Notes under the pieces: model-generated
What the model saw: only the letters and a program-made list of their open reading frames with translations
Database searches by the model: none
Told to the model about the DNA's origin: nothing
Program-made: the position numbers and the translations under genes
Source of the DNA: Eledone cirrhosa
Taxonomy: Eukaryota
NCBI GenBank assembly: GCA_964016885.1
Contig: OZ024748.1
Span: 57,474,001-57,538,000 of the forward strand
Direction of reading: 5' to 3'
Length of the DNA: 64,000 nt
Part shown: positions 41,238-55,674 of the stretch, piece by piece
How positions within the stretch are numbered: position 1 is the stretch's first letter
How the letters are laid out: each line of letters starts with the position of its first letter

Positions 41238-44200
41238 TCATCCCTTGAATCGCAAGAATGTTTTGCAAATTTTGAAGGTGCCAGCTATCGCAGCCATTTG
41301 TAGACTATGAATTAGGGAGCTGCGCTTTTTGTCCGCAAATCCAAGTTCAGTCATACTTTGGTCTAAGCGGGTTGGTATATAACCCGTAGCACCAATAATG
41401 ATGGGTATGAAGCTAAAGGTGTATCTTGGATACTGGATTTGTAAACTCCTCATCAATGGTCCGTAGATGTCCTCCTTCTCCTGTATTTTTCTGACAACGT
41501 TTACATCAAGTGGGCAGCTGATCTCCACAACAGAACACGTTTTCAATATGTGGTCCCAAACTACAATATCAGGCCGGTTGTGCTTTAATCTGGTGGCAGT
41601 TTTTATTTTCAGGTTCCACCAGTATTCCTTAGTGCCATCTGTCTCAATATATTCTTCCTCGTTTGTTGTTAATTTTGTTTTCCGAAGTGCGTTCCAGATG
41701 GTTCTAGCTATCCCATCGTGTCTCATGGGGAGGTAGTAGCGAGATGACATTCTTTCGCAGCTGGCAACAATGTGGCTTACATCCTCGATCTTTGTTTTAC
41801 ATAGCCTACATTTATTGTCAGCTGCTGGCCCTCCTCTTTTGTGCAGCAGATATTTGGTAGGGAGTTCTTGTTCCTGTATTGCATAGAGATATCCCTCAAG
41901 GTGTGATGTCATAAACTTGTCGGAACTCCATGCCAGGCTTTTTGAGTGGTTTATCCCCTCTATGGTCTGTGTTTTACGCCTCAAGTATCCATGCACAACT
42001 TTTTCTGTAAATTGGTCAATTTTTTTTTCTTGTTTGAACATTGAATAGGATCTTCCGATTTCTCTGGGTGAGAGATTTATATCGGGCTTTATTCCATATC
42101 TCTCCTCCAGATCAGTCGCTATTCTAAAGATATTTCTTTTTTCATGGTCATAAACCTGGGCAAGATGGTTGCCAACCTTTTTCCTCTGTTGAAGGTGTTG
42201 CTTCAGTGTCACTATCCGGGTCTCATATGTTGTTAATATTGATTTTAGACCCCGGCCACCTTTCTTGCGTGAGAAGTATAGCCTATCCACATCACCATTG
42301 ATGTTAAAGTTCCCAGTAACACTGAGAAGTTTTCGAGTTCTAACATCCATCTCACTTAGTTCTTGCAATGACCAGTTCAGTAGGCCAAATGTTGGCGTTA
42401 GAATTGGCACAGCATAAGTATTGTGGGCAATGTATTTGTTGTATGCTGACAGTTCTGATGACCATATTTTCTTTACTCTTCTGAGGTATTCAGTTCTGGT
42501 TTTCTCCTTATTTATGGGTCCATCATATCTGACATTCTCATCCTGTCCAAGATATCTGTAGTTGTCACCTGACTGCAGAGGTTGTATTGTCAGGCCGTTC
42601 ATCTCTAGATTTCTAGAGGAGGGCACAGCTCTTCCACGTTTTACTGCCAAATATGCACACTTGGACTCACCAAATTTCATTTTGATGTCGGTTGAAAATT
42701 GTGTAATGAGGTCCAATTGTTTCTTGATGTCATTGATATTTGGCCCATACAACTTCAGGTCATCAACAAAGAAAAGATGGGAGATACTTCTGGTCCCACT
42801 TCTTTGTCGACCTTGTTTCCTGAGTAGGTAAGATAGTGGATTCAGTGAGAGAACGAAGAGTAGCACCGACAAGCTATCACCCTGAAAGATGCCCTTCTGG
42901 TAATGTATCTTATCAGTCCTAACCTGCTCCTTCTCACCTCTAAGGATCAAACTGGTGTACCAGTTCTTGGTCAGGCGTTCAACAGCAGCTACCAATGGTT
43001 GTGGGACTTTAGCTAACTGTAAAGCCTTAACAATCCACCCATGAGGTACACTATCAAATGCTTTTTGATAGTCCAGCCACACGACAGTCATGTTTCTGCG
43101 ATTCTTTGTTGTTTTTTCCTGAATCATTTTGTTAGTTAGTAGGTGATCTATGCAACCCCACACCTCCCTCTTTCCACCAGCTTGCTCAGGTGTTATGATG
43201 TTGTTGGTAGCACAGTGATCCTGTAAGAACAGGTTAAGGCACCCAGTATATAATTTATACATGATGTTTTGGCAGGCAATTGGGCGGTAATTTTTAGCAA
43301 GGGTGGTTTGGCTATTTTGGGGAATGAGGAGAGTAGAGGCAGTTGATAACCATCTGGGCAGTTCTTGTGTGCCCTTAATGGTTTCTGTAAACAGCCGTAT
43401 GAGATCTTGCCGATAGAAAGTGAAATTCTTCAACCAGTATCCTGTAATGAGGTCTGGGCCTGGCGATTTCCTATTCGACATTTTCTGTAGAGCTGTTTCC
43501 AGTATTGACCCATCTATGTCATATTGTTTTGTCTGGACATGTTGGCAGTAGTCCTGTTCCAGTTCTTTTAGCCAATTAGCTTGTCTGTTGAATCCGTCAT
43601 CCGTTTCCCATACAGATCTCCAGTAGCTCTCAACCTGTTCTTTTGAAGGGGTGTCATTTACAGAGATTGAGCTTTTGCCACCGAAGCTGCGATAAACTGA
43701 TTTAGGATCTTTGGCAAACAATCTATTTAGCACTTGTCGTTTATGTGCTGTTGACTTATATTTTAGTCTTTCTGTTGTAGCTGTGAGTTGTTGTTTCAAC
43801 TGGTGTAATTTGGAGTTCAAAGTTTTAAATTTTGAATCTCCAAATCTTCTCTCTAACTTTTTCTTTAGGTCTTCCTGGTGTTGTGTGAAGTTGCTCTCTA
43901 TGTTGCATTTCATAACGACTGCGATGTGTGAGATACTTCGTCTCAGGGACAAAATTTTGGTTTTTAAATTTCGCATCCACGCTGGTTCAGGCTTTCTGTT
44001 TGTATCTTGATTGCGTGGTTTTAGATGTGTGTTATATGCTAGCAATGTGACAGCTGAAACATATAACAAAACATTAAGCGTTTCAAATGTCGTTTCTACA
44101 CCTTTAGGTCGTATAGCCTTCAGATAATTGCCAGCTATTTCGTTCACCGCTTCCAATTCCAATTTAGTGGGTTCTTTACTGACTCTAGTGTTGTATGGTC

Positions 44201-44555
44201 TGTCACTCACATTAAGGCTGTGTATCTCTTGAAACATATCATTCCATATCACTTGTAGGGAGCCCACAAGTTTTTGGTGCTCTGTTTGTTCAGTAGAGTC
44301 ATGAATTTCAGCCTCGTTGTTGATGTGGTGACAATTACTACTAGAGTCAGCTGACCTTTCTCGCTGTTCTTCAGTGGAAGTGGGATGAATTTCAGCAAAA
44401 TTGTTGGTGAGCTGTTCACTGTTAGATTTAGCCGGCCATTCTCTTTGTCTGTCAGTGGAGGTGGGGTGGTTGTCTACAAGGGCTGTATTTGTAGTATCAC
44501 TCGATTCCGTTAGATGTATCAATTTACATCTAATGATACGTTTTTGCCTGTTCAT
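41238..44555 (-). CDS. Reverse transcriptase + CCHC zinc knuckle + restriction-like endonuclease
   Basis: [60 protein letters not shown]..(x)H....[12 protein letters not shown]...VVEISCP. Confidence 0.96.
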   Translation of the reverse strand: MNRQKRIIRCKLIHLTESSDTTNTALVDNHPTSTDRQREWPAKSNSEQLTNNFAEIHPTSTEEQRERSADSSSNCHHINNEAEIHDSTEQTEHQKLVGSLQVIWNDMFQEIHSLNVSDRPYNTRVSKEPTKLELEAVNEIAGNYLKAIRPKGVETTFETLNVLLYVSAVTLLAYNTHLKPRNQDTNRKPEPAWMRNLKTKILSLRRSISHIAVVMKCNIESNFTQHQEDLKKKLERRFGDSKFKTLNSKLHQLKQQLTATTERLKYKSTAHKRQVLNRLFAKDPKSVYRSFGGKSSISVNDTPSKEQVESYWRSVWETDDGFNRQANWLKELEQDYCQHVQTKQYDIDGSILETALQKMSNRKSPGPDLITGYWLKNFTFYRQDLIRLFTETIKGTQELPRWLSTASTLLIPQNSQTTLAKNYRPIACQNIMYKLYTGCLNLFLQDHCATNNIITPEQAGGKREVWGCIDHLLTNKMIQEKTTKNRRNMTVVWLDYQKAFDSVPHGWIVKALQLAKVPQPLVAAVERLTKNWYTSLILRGEKEQVRTDKIHYQKGIFQGDSLSVLLFVLSLNPLSYLLRKQGRQRSGTRSISHLFFVDDLKLYGPNINDIKKQLDLITQFSTDIKMKFGESKCAYLAVKRGRAVPSSRNLEMNGLTIQPLQSGDNYRYLGQDENVRYDGPINKEKTRTEYLRRVKKIWSSELSAYNKYIAHNTYAVPILTPTFGLLNWSLQELSEMDVRTRKLLSVTGNFNINGDVDRLYFSRKKGGRGLKSILTTYETRIVTLKQHLQQRKKVGNHLAQVYDHEKRNIFRIATDLEERYGIKPDINLSPREIGRSYSMFKQEKKIDQFTEKVVHGYLRRKTQTIEGINHSKSLAWSSDKFMTSHLEGYLYAIQEQELPTKYLLHKRGGPAADNKCRLCKTKIEDVSHIVASCERMSSRYYLPMRHDGIARTIWNALRKTKLTTNEEEYIETDGTKEYWWNLKIKTATRLKHNRPDIVVWDHILKTCSVVEISCPLDVNVVRKIQEKEDIYGPLMRSLQIQYPRYTFSFIPIIIGATGYIPTRLDQSMTELGFADKKRSSLIHSLQMAAIAGTFKICKTFLRFKG

Positions 44556-44748
44556 TTAAATGCTTTGGAGAAAAGTCTAATTCTGGGTGTTTGGAGTTCC
44601 ATAAAGTTTTTAGCCTTTGCATAAAACCGAACTTTTGGGGTTCAGATTGTTTGTATGCTTCATATAATACTTTGTTAAGCTCGTAGGTCCACTGTGTACA
44701 ACGGTTGTAATTGCGATTTGGTCGAAGGAGACTTGTACTTTTTGCCAT
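44530..44748 (-). CDS. N-terminal domain of the same R4/Dong ORF, separated by a 1-nt frameshift
   Basis: WTYELN..LY.AY..SEP...GFMQRL..LW...HP...HL.EQAK matches the R4/Dong N-terminus; removing one A from GCAAAAACGT gives [11 protein letters not shown] and joins the two ORFs. Confidence 0.85.
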   Translation of the reverse strand: MAKSTSLLRPNRNYNRCTQWTYELNKVLYEAYKQSEPQKFGFMQRLKTLWNSKHPELDFSPKHLNEQAKTYH

Positions 44749-45294
44749 GATGAGTTCGTCTATTCACTAATATTTCGTATTTATTTTTCAAAATAGTCGA
44801 TGATCTTCTTTAAAAGTTACGACAAAGTTCTGTCAGAATCAAATTTAAAGTTATTCACAGCTTGAGTAATATTTCTTTTCAGTTAGTTTTTAATTCTACA
44901 ACTGTGTTTTATATAAATGTAATATTTCTTTATAAATGTAATATAACAACGTTGCATTTATATGTTAAAGTGTATGTATCGTTCATATATCATAAGTGTA
45001 TGTATCGTTCATATAAATAGGTGTTTTACAACATACCTACAGTTCAAACATTTATGTAGAATTATTGTATGTAATCTTACCGCGTAATGTAGCTCAACTT
45101 TTTCCAATATATGGTATGTTGCCTTCATGTAAGCCGTAATTTCACACGTCCGATTATCGGACACTGACCACAACGGTCACCATTTTATGTATTTATGTAT
45201 ATATGTATGTGTGTGTGTATGTATGTATATATGTATGTATGTATGTATATATATGTGAATATACGCATGTATGTATATGTATGTATATATATAT

Positions 45295-45315
45295 ATATAT
45301 ATATTTGAATGTACG

Positions 45316-45369
<54 letters not shown>

Positions 45370-45614
45370 TTGAATGTACGTATGTATGTATATCTATATG
45401 TATATATATATATATTATATATTTGAATGTACGTATGTATGTATATCTATATGTATATATATATATATTATATATTTGAATGTACGTATGTATGTATATC
45501 TATATGTATATATATATATATATATTATATATTTGAATGTACGTATGTATGTATATATATGTATATATATATATATATATATATTATATATTTGAATGTA
45601 CGTATGTATGTATA

Positions 45615-45656
<42 letters not shown>

Positions 45657-45667
45657 TTGAATGTACG

Positions 45668-45699
<32 letters not shown>

Positions 45700-45714
45700 T
45701 TATATATTTGAATG

Positions 45715-45746
<32 letters not shown>

Positions 45747-45897
45747 TATATATTATATATTTGAATGTACGTATGTATATATATGTATATATGTATGTAT
45801 ATATATATATATATTATATATTTGAATGTACGTATGTATATATATGTATATATATATATATATATATTATATATTTGAATGTACGTATGTATGTATA

Positions 45898-45935
<38 letters not shown>

Positions 45936-45958
45936 TTGAATGTACGTATGTATGTATA

Positions 45959-45996
<38 letters not shown>

Positions 45997-46062
45997 TTGA
46001 ATGTACGTATGTATGTATATGTATGTATACATATATATATATATTATATATTTGAATGTACG

Positions 46063-46094
<32 letters not shown>

Positions 46095-46110
46095 TATATT
46101 ATATATTTGA

Positions 46111-46141
<31 letters not shown>

Positions 46142-46355
46142 TATATATTATATATTTGAATGTACGTATGTATATATATGTATGTATATATATATATATA
46201 TTATATATTTGAATGTACGTATGTATGTATATATATGTATGCATATATATATATTATATATTTGAATGTACGTATGTATGTATATATATATGTATGTATA
46301 TATATATATATTATATATTTGAATGTACGTATGTATGTATATATATGTATGTATG

Positions 46356-46387
<32 letters not shown>

Positions 46388-46548
46388 TTGAATGTACGTA
46401 TGTATGTATGTATATATATATGTATATATATATATATATATTATATATTTGAATGTACGTATGTATGTATATATATATGTATGTATATATATATATATAT
46501 ATTATATATTTGAATGTACGTATGTATGTATATATATGTATGTATATA
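45295..46548. repeat. Minisatellite, ~22 units of ~50-65 bp
   Basis: Core TATTATATATTTGAATGTACGTATGTATG with variable (TA)n spacers. Confidence 0.95.
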
Positions 46549-47524
46549 TAATCATCTATATATGTTTATTGTAAATTAATTCGTAAGTCGCTGAATGTTC
46601 CAGGAACACGTGTTGCCTTAAAGCAAATTTCACTTACAAGGCTTGGTAAAGACTCTTGACTGAGATATCACATAATTGGATCAAACCTAGACATTCTGAT
46701 TCCAACGCGAACTTCTTAATCTCTTTCTCAAGCTTGTGTCGACACTCTTCCATACAAATAACATTTTCATGAGAATTACATGTCTAAATTAAATTGGCTT
46801 TCGATTCAAAATGGACGATATTTTCATGTTTAGTTGAATAGAGTCGAATCTGTTTCCAGTATCTACTAGCATATTATTCATTATTGGACTCCTGTGATTT
46901 TAACATTTTAGCATTATGATGTAACGATTTTTAAAATATTAACAATATGAAGCGATGAAGATTGTTGATATAACAGTACTGATGTCTCCTAAATCGAAGG
47001 AAAAATTTAATAAATGGTATAAAATACTGTTACAATATTTATTTATTTCCTCATATGAATGTAATGACAATGAACCATGAATGAGAAAAGAAGCAAATTA
47101 CTTCGATAATAACGACATTATTATCTAAAATATCATTAAAATCATGCCAAAGGAGTAATTGTTACAGCGCCACATAAAATTGATCGCTATTAACTTCTTC
47201 AATAAAATTCTTGTTTAGATTTGGAAGAGGAATATTTGCAATCCCATTTGTTTTTCATACGTTTTGTTTCATTTGCAGAGCTATTCCCACAATACAATTA
47301 CAATTTTTATGAGTAACATTTGTCAAAGAGAACATGAGTCACCAACCCTGAGAAAAGTGCAACTGTTAAAATTCTGTAAAAAATTTAATCTAACTATAAA
47401 TGTCGACGTGTGGAAGAATCGTTAACGCACTGGAAGAAGATTTGTAGCAGTATATAATTATATATTTTCGGAGTATAATCATTCTCTTCAGGAATACCAC
47501 ATTTATATTTGCAATACACTTTGA

Positions 47525-47875
47525 TCAGTTTGGTCTTCGATAGAGTACGTAACTCGGAGATCAAAGACTCACTTCAGATAGAACCACTGATTCACCAAAT
47601 TGAGGAATCGCAACTCTGATTCTATGGGCATGTGGTAAGAATATCTGAGGAAAGAATCACTGGAGACATTTTACTGGCAAAAGGAGGAACTGGCAAGAGA
47701 CCCAGGAGGAGCCCCAAGCAAGATGGTGGGATAACATCCATGGGCTTGGCTGGTAATGCTTGGGCATCCAGCCGGGTCAATTGGAGATGGTTGCTTCTGA
47801 CAGGACCCACTGGAAGGAGTGTTTAATGACTCTGCCCCTCACCCTCTCAGGAATAAGTTGACGAAGAAGATCATC
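47525..47875 (+). mobile_element. RTE-type LINE 3' fragment
   Basis: LRDRVRNSEIKDSLQIEPL...QL*FYGHVVRISEERI...GKRPR. Confidence 0.8.
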
Positions 47876-48471
47876 TCCAATCGTCATCATGTGACTTAGT
47901 ACTCAAGCAGATATCATTTCAATTGAGGGATTTCTCATATATATCCTAAGTTGAGAGAGGGAAGAGTATCAATAGCATTCACAGATCATCCACGATCGGT
48001 GAGGCCAATATAACTTATATTCTAGAATAGAATGAAAATACTGTGTAGGGGCGGAATTCCTCGCTCATATATTTCCTGCAGACACTGACATGAAATTTCT
48101 TAAATGAAACAATTCAAAGTTGTGAGGGGGAATAACTAGTAGTGTTTAATGTGGAGTGAGATAGGTGGACACTGTATAAGTGACGGGAAGAGGAAAGAAA
48201 ATACGAATGAGAGTAGATGGCCCGAGAGAAGGTAGCCTAATATCAACCATATAACAAGCAGCAGAGGCCAATGTACTCGCAATAGAAATGTCAGTGAGGG
48301 AAGGGTGAATCAACATATCTGAGTGTCGAAGTTGAAACATTTTATTGTAATACGTTTATTTCCTATACCACAGTTTCCTATCAGGAGTTCAGTCAGGTCC
48401 TATTTACATATAGATGGTAAAACCACTTGCCATCTAGCTGTAATCAGACTGATATAAATATCGTGCCAATG

Positions 48472-48503
<32 letters not shown>

Positions 48504-48949
48504 ATGTTTCATCATTAATGCTGAGGTTAAGTCTGAAAAATCAATCCTATTGAGAAAAAATAATTACGTGCTGTGCCAAGGAACAAGGCATCTTATTGTA
48601 CCCCACTCGCTGATTATGTCTAACATCATATCTAAGAGAAAAAGAGTACTTTTCGAGGTGTTCTGCTTACTAAACACAAACATTGTATTGTCTCATATCA
48701 AATAATATAGTGAGTTGAAAAATGTTGATCAACTTAGATTTATCATGCAATTAAATAGAAAAACTTCATCTAAAGAAGTTTAGAATCTAAAAATAGAAAC
48801 CAAAGGGTAGAGCTTCAATGGGATCGATAATAATGGTCTATAAATTCGATGCAGGGTAAAGGACGTCTGGTCCTTTAAGCACAATTGTCAAAGAAACGAA
48901 TTCTACTGAAATCCTGAAGCGAATCACTAAGAAAGAAATATATATATAT

Positions 48950-49126
<177 letters not shown>

Positions 49127-52114
49127 ATACATATAATAAATATTATAAAAATAAATAAACTCAATTCAAACGTGGGTAACCTATGTAAATTATGCTCTTT
49201 TTACTTGGAGAGAATGGTATTTTCTGTTTTATTTTCCTTTTATGTTTATATATATGTTTCCGGTTATATCTATTTGTGTTATAGTCTCGTTAGTTAAACA
49301 ATATATACCATTGTCTGTGGACGTTCGCTGCTGTCCTTTTTAAATATTCCATTCAAAGTCTACTCTTAATTGTCAATGCGACATTACAAGTATCTCCTGG
49401 GAATAGCTGACAAATCCTCCATGCAATCCATATTTAATCTTTTTAATGCCATATCATTGTAACTAAAACTGAACTGAAACCCAGAACGTGTCCTGTTGCT
49501 AAACCTTCTTTCCAGTGATAATGTGTACCAAAGTTTGAAGATATTTACGATTATTTTGGCTAAGCCAACGATAGATAATAGAAACAAAAGAGATCATATG
49601 ATACTCTGAGGAAATCTGTCAACCTAGTAATTGAATCCAAGTTTCTCCATATAGTATCACATCGTTAGGAAATGGGAAATATAAATTAAATATAGTTTTA
49701 GATCTATTATTTCAGGTTCAAACGATGAGGCGATCGCTGCTGAAACTTGTTTGATACATTCACTCGATGAGGGATGATATTACACTAAATAACAACCACT
49801 ATAAACAGACTATTAAACCTTTCTTTCGTAATGCAAAATGTTTTAATATTCATAATAGTTTTCGATTGTTTTTTAATGCGATTGTCATCAGTTGTTTCTT
49901 CATGAATACTTATATATATATAATCATCGGGCTTTATTTTAACCTTGCATCATCATTTTTAAACTAAGATATCTCTTCTAATGTATATACAAAAATGATC
50001 CATTCATATAACTGGATAAAAACTGACGTCTCTTTGTCCGTATGACAGAAAATAATATATTATTGACTCAGCAAGCTGCGACATTATTTCAGATATGTGT
50101 AATTTATGTTTTTACAACATGAGGAATTTGAATAAGATTTTAACCATGGCGTCATGTGTGGACACACTATTTATAGCGACGCCGTGTTTATACATATCCA
50201 TTTGTGTAGAAGTCTGGTATTATCCTTATTTCAATGATTATATATTTGATGATGTTTTTACATCACTGCCATATTTTCCCATTGAACAGTTAGAAATTAA
50301 TTCTTGTGCTACTGTTTTTTCTATTTCTTAAAATACTTTTCTTTTATTGTTTAGATTTTAAAAATATTTTTTTTTATTAAAAAATATGAAATAATTTAGA
50401 GAATATATTAATAAATAGACTGTATTCTTTTGATAAATACAATTTGAAAAATATTAAATGAAACAAATTTATTGATTTATTCCATTTAATCATTTCTATA
50501 TATATTTTGATTTGTCTTTGCGTTTCAAAAACTTTTAGACATATCTATACATGAAAATGTCGTATTTTGGGATCAGCTCAACGACATAACAATCTGAAAA
50601 ATAATAAAAAGTAACATTTAATGACGTCTTTAAGAAGGCGTGAGAAAGAAAACAGACATAAACATGCGTTTATTTTCTTTAATTATGTTTTTTCTTTTAT
50701 ATATAACTTTTTTTGACATAGTATCAAAAAGAATTGTTTCACACTTAGATTACTTTCAAAAGCTTATCTATTATGCTAGAATTCTTTTCACGATAAAATA
50801 AATATATTTTGGATGAATTCAATTTACCAGTGAAAATATTTAACATGATTATGTTTACTCCAGAGATTTTGAGACTTTCTTTCTTAAGACATATTTCAAT
50901 GGGAATTGGGAGTTGAGGAACTTTTTTCATTTCTTAAAGAAATTAAATCATTTGAAGTTGAATGAAATTATTCCAATACTCTAATCAAGCTGAAATATAA
51001 TAATAATCAGTTTAAAACACATTCTGTCTATGATACAAGCGACTCAATATTTGTCGGACGGTAAGTCGGCGAGTTGAAAGAAATGGTGGAGTATCAAGCG
51101 TAGAATCATGATGTACGTTTTTGGATTTTGTACTTTGAGTTCAAACCCTGCCATGCTTGAAGTTGCTCTATATCTTTCTGACACGAATATATTACACGTA
51201 ATAATTACTAGAAAATGGCAGGATACAATGTAGGAAATGTGTGCTGGTATGAGCTATATAAGGAAAACTGTTAATTGGTAAAATTGGCAGTATCGGATTA
51301 AATGCTTTGTGGGATTCATTCTGGCCTTTTATTGGGTTCTGAAATCGAATCCTGGAGAAGTTTTGTTTGTTATCCCTTGTCTTGGTGTCGATAAATGAAA
51401 TACCCATTCTAGATAATGGATTAACTGTATAATTAAGGCGGTTGATGCAATGAATTGTAATATCTCTTTCGTCCATTTGCCTTCCAGGTTTACATGTGAC
51501 GTCAGTAGTGCCGATATGAATGGAGCCTTGCTTTCTTCATCGGTGTCATGAAGAGTGGAGTCATGCATACACGAATGACTGTAGTTTTTCTACAAAAAAC
51601 GTTTGCGTGTATGTGTGAATATCAGAAATACAAACAATTGCAGAGAGAATTCGATATACAAATACCTGCTGTGTTAACAATGTTTTGTTTGACTATTATA
51701 CTAAACCACAGAATATATCTATAGATTCTAAGTAACACTACAAAATAAACACCTTATATTTGGACACCCAGATTATTTCTATTCTATGTTTAGATTTTAT
51801 CAAGGATTTAAAAAAACTCTTTATGTGTTCAAAAAGACACCGAATATAAACCCATTACTAGGCTTCACTAAAAATAATAGACTGATTTGCATATATGACG
51901 AATTCTCGGCATTAAGTTTGATTAATAATTACTGGTGTCTTACAGGTTTTCTGTTTGAATCCTACAATATACTAAATAATATATATATTAAACTAATATA
52001 GTTATATAGGTTTTCCATGTACTGTGCCGTTTGCTTTATTATTTTTGTTATTTCTGCTTACCGTTCACACACGCGCACACGCACACGCGCACACACACAC
52101 ACACACACACACAG

Positions 52115-52146
<32 letters not shown>

Positions 52147-53206
52147 ATCACATTAGTTTCAACATTTTATGTTTTGCCCGAATTCTTTTCTCGATATATT
52201 GAATGGAATAGATATATTTTTCTCTAAACAAAATTAAAACATTTACATTGAGAAAAGCTTTTAGTAAATAGTAACAGGCTCAGTGCTAACGCTTTTTTAC
52301 TATAAGCAGGCGTATATGTATTCTTCCAGTAGATGAGATGTGCTTCATGTTGCAGGTATTATATTTTGTTGATCGCATTTGTAAAGCGGAATTTCGATAC
52401 GAATCTGCTTTACCAACTAATATATATTGAAATGGTGCAAAGATATATTGCATTGATCAGCTTCGAACTGTGACACTGCTTTGTTCAGTTGATATATGGT
52501 GTGGTAGATTTTGATTATTACTATTTCAATAGCTTTCGTTCATGACATGATCTATCAGCCCTATACGACTATTGATAAAACGAAGCCGTTCCTCTTTTCT
52601 TCACACATGATGGTGAACTTATTAAGTTAGGAAAAAACTCTTCAAACTATAGTTGATTATTACGATATAGTTTTTTTAGCCTCTTTGAATATTACTCCAG
52701 TGGTTTAGGCAATTGCTTTATTTATAGATGTGTCATTGAGTGGGCTGTTTTATTTCGAATAGCTATTACATTCGGATTCAGAATGTAATATAACTTAAAG
52801 GTCTTGTGTATTCGAGTGAATACAGCATGGCTGAATAGTAAAGCATCTTGTTTCGAAACGATTAGGTACCATGTTCCATACTACATTATGGCATCTTGAG
52901 CAAGTGATATTTAATATTGCTTCGGGTCAATCCAAGCGTTGGGGATAACATTCAATATGCAGCAATATTTTTTGAAGGCCGTCGGATATAATGTACCAGT
53001 AATTCGTTGGGAAAGCCTAGGGTCACACGGAAGCTCCGGTGGCATTATGTCATGGGTAAACACTTGTATGTGGAATGTTCAGTCTCTTATCAAGTTAATT
53101 TCCTGAGCCGACTGTTCCTTTGAGCGAACAACTGGAAATCTCATCGTAGAAACCGTTGGAAGTCGATTTCCTTCCACGTATATCTGTAACTGACTTGGTT
53201 GGTCCA

Positions 53207-53257
53207 TCTATTATAAGGACAAGCAGAAAAACCACCCTACGGGTGGTTTTCTGCTAG
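53207..53257 (+). mobile_element. Candidate 51-bp mini-Helitron
   Basis: A|TCTATTATAAGG...AGCAGAAAAACCACCC TAC GGGTGGTTTTCTG CTAG|T. Confidence 0.55.
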
Positions 53258-54096
53258 TATGTGTAGTGTTTATATTGATATTATACGCAGGTATATATAC
53301 ATGTAGATATGATACATCAAATAAAATCGTAATTGACAATATTTAATACATAGAAATTGAACGAAGACTGCGTTACACTGTCTTATTTAATCAGTAACGT
53401 ATTCCATGATACATTAAAAAAGACGATATTATATATAAGCTGCATTAGGAGAAAATCTGTGACAGAAAATTAGTATGTTTATTTAAGCGATGGCCAACCG
53501 GAGTGTTGACATTTCAGAAATTTTAAAGAAAGGAATCTTTAAATAAACAAAATATATTTAATCAACAGCCACGAAATTTAGTAGATAAATTATGTAATAT
53601 TCCTTCATTATTTATTGAAAGTAATCCAACTTATTTTACTAATGGGATAAAACATTATAAACCGTACGCAGTCCCGTGCTCCTTACTTTATTATAGTTTA
53701 GATTACAGCAATTGTGTTTACCTAAAACATGCTACCTAATTATATCTACGCTTCATTGAAATGATTTTACTGAATGTCAGTTGGACGAAGGCGATATACA
53801 GATTCTAAATTTGTACGGCCACTAATCGTAATATAGAAAACATTCGATATTTATTCGTAGTTATACTAAGCCAGTTGTTAAATATGGCCGTATCTAACAA
53901 ATGCCTATGGCAAATTCTTTTTCCGTCTTTAAAGCGTCTTCACCCTATATATAACTTATTTTATAACACCATTTTATAACTTATTTTATAACATCTCCAC
54001 GCATGAACACATCATTCTGTAAACACACACACATACATACATACATACATACATATCCCACCCCCACTGAAAAAAATTTGTTTTGTTAAAGTAAAG

Positions 54097-54164
<68 letters not shown>

Positions 54165-54369
54165 TTACTTTAACAAAACATTTTTTTTCAGTGGAATATT
54201 TCACACTGGAAAACTCTTTTACATGTAAATCTCAGATTATTTATCCGTCAACATTTGGAAAATTAATGATGAACGTCATGAACTGTGATTAATGTGAATT
54301 TGCAGGAAAGTCTGTAAAGTTTCAGGAAGATTCTCGTATGCCAAAAAAAAAATCAAAGTGTTCGCACAC

Positions 54370-54419
54370 ACACACAGACAGGCAGGCAGACAGACATACT
54401 GAGACAGACAGAGACAGAC

Positions 54420-54454
<35 letters not shown>

Positions 54455-54479
54455 CAGACAGAGAGACAGACAGACATAC

Positions 54480-54510
<31 letters not shown>

Positions 54511-54730
54511 TACATCGACAGACAGAGACAGACAGAGAGACAGACAGACAGAGAGACAGACAGACAGAGAGACAGACAGACAGAGAGACAGACAGACAGA
54601 GAGACAGAGAGAGAGACAGACAGAGAGACAGACAGAGAGACAGACAGACAGACAGAGAGACAGACAGACAGAGAGACAGACACAGACAGACAGAGAGAGA
54701 GACAGAGAGACAGAGAGAGAGACAGACAGA
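54370..54730. repeat. (CAGA)n/(GA)n compound microsatellite
   Basis: Direct inspection. Confidence 0.97.
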
Positions 54731-55674
54731 GGTGTGTGTCGACATGGTTATAGGATACCAGCTAGTTACTTTATATATATATATATATATATGTGTTTGT
54801 GCGTGTGGTTTCTATGTAAGATGAAGAGAGTATTTACTTTGTGATAGCAACAGATGAATTATGAGAAGGATTATATTAGATTACTTTCATTTTCTATTGA
54901 TTTTCCTTCGAATCATTAAAATATTTAGATGAAGAATAAGTAAATATCTGTTTGATGGAGGAGAAGGTAGGAAGTCTTAGTGAAATACTTTTAAAAATAA
55001 TATTGTTCGGATTCTTCAATGTTTTGAGACGTAGTTTAGTTTCATTGTGTTTGCGGAAGAGTAGAATAATGGTTTTAAATTACATCTAGAAAATTAGCGG
55101 TGGCAATATTTCTATTATTGGTCTTAAGAAGGCCGCCCTATCTTGAATAGTTGTGTACATGTTTATAAGGTTGTCGGTGCGTGGAGGAATAAATGTGACT
55201 ATAATATCTGTATTGGCTGGCTCAAATATAGGGAAATATAGTCTGATGAAGCTTTTTCGTCCACTTCATCCAGGGCTGGCGTTGAAAAGAATGTTATTGT
55301 GTTTTCCCCATATATAGTCATCGTAACACAATATCATGTCTAATGATTCTACAACTTATATTTCAGAAGTAGATATATTTGTAAGTGTTCTGGCATAATT
55401 AAGAGAATGTCTCCCTCACGATTTTCCGGGGAACAACTTCTCTATTCTATCTGCCGTGGCCAGAGGGCGGCCAGCGTGAGGTTACCCAAAATTGCTCATA
55501 ATAGTGAAAGATGGGAAGAGGCGAAGGCAGTGAGTTGGAGTTTGGTTCGTTTGTGTTCAGACCTGGTGTATATGTATATATATCATTAAAATAATTAATG
55601 AATATCTGATTAGTTTTGTTTGTGAGGGAGGGATATTTAAAAAAAAAACAAATTGCAGGAATTTAGTGATAATT

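Larger units (their letters stand above)
41158..45185 (-). mobile_element. Full-length R4/Dong-clade RLE non-LTR retrotransposon in TA/TACA microsatellite
   Basis: Single long ORF split by one frameshift, ~430-bp 5'UTR, short 3'UTR with GCCACC aggaa GGTGGC hairpin; microsatellite on both flanks. Confidence 0.9.

Noticed and set aside
45295-46548. CRISPR-like repeat/spacer periodicity
   Set aside because: Spacers are only (TA)n/TATG variants, there are no cas genes and the context is eukaryotic
49384-49587. Hydrophobic ORF resembling a TM1 helix
   Set aside because: No further supporting motifs in adjacent frames
54338-54844. 168-aa charged TDRQ-repeat ORF
   Set aside because: Translation of the CAGA/GA microsatellite
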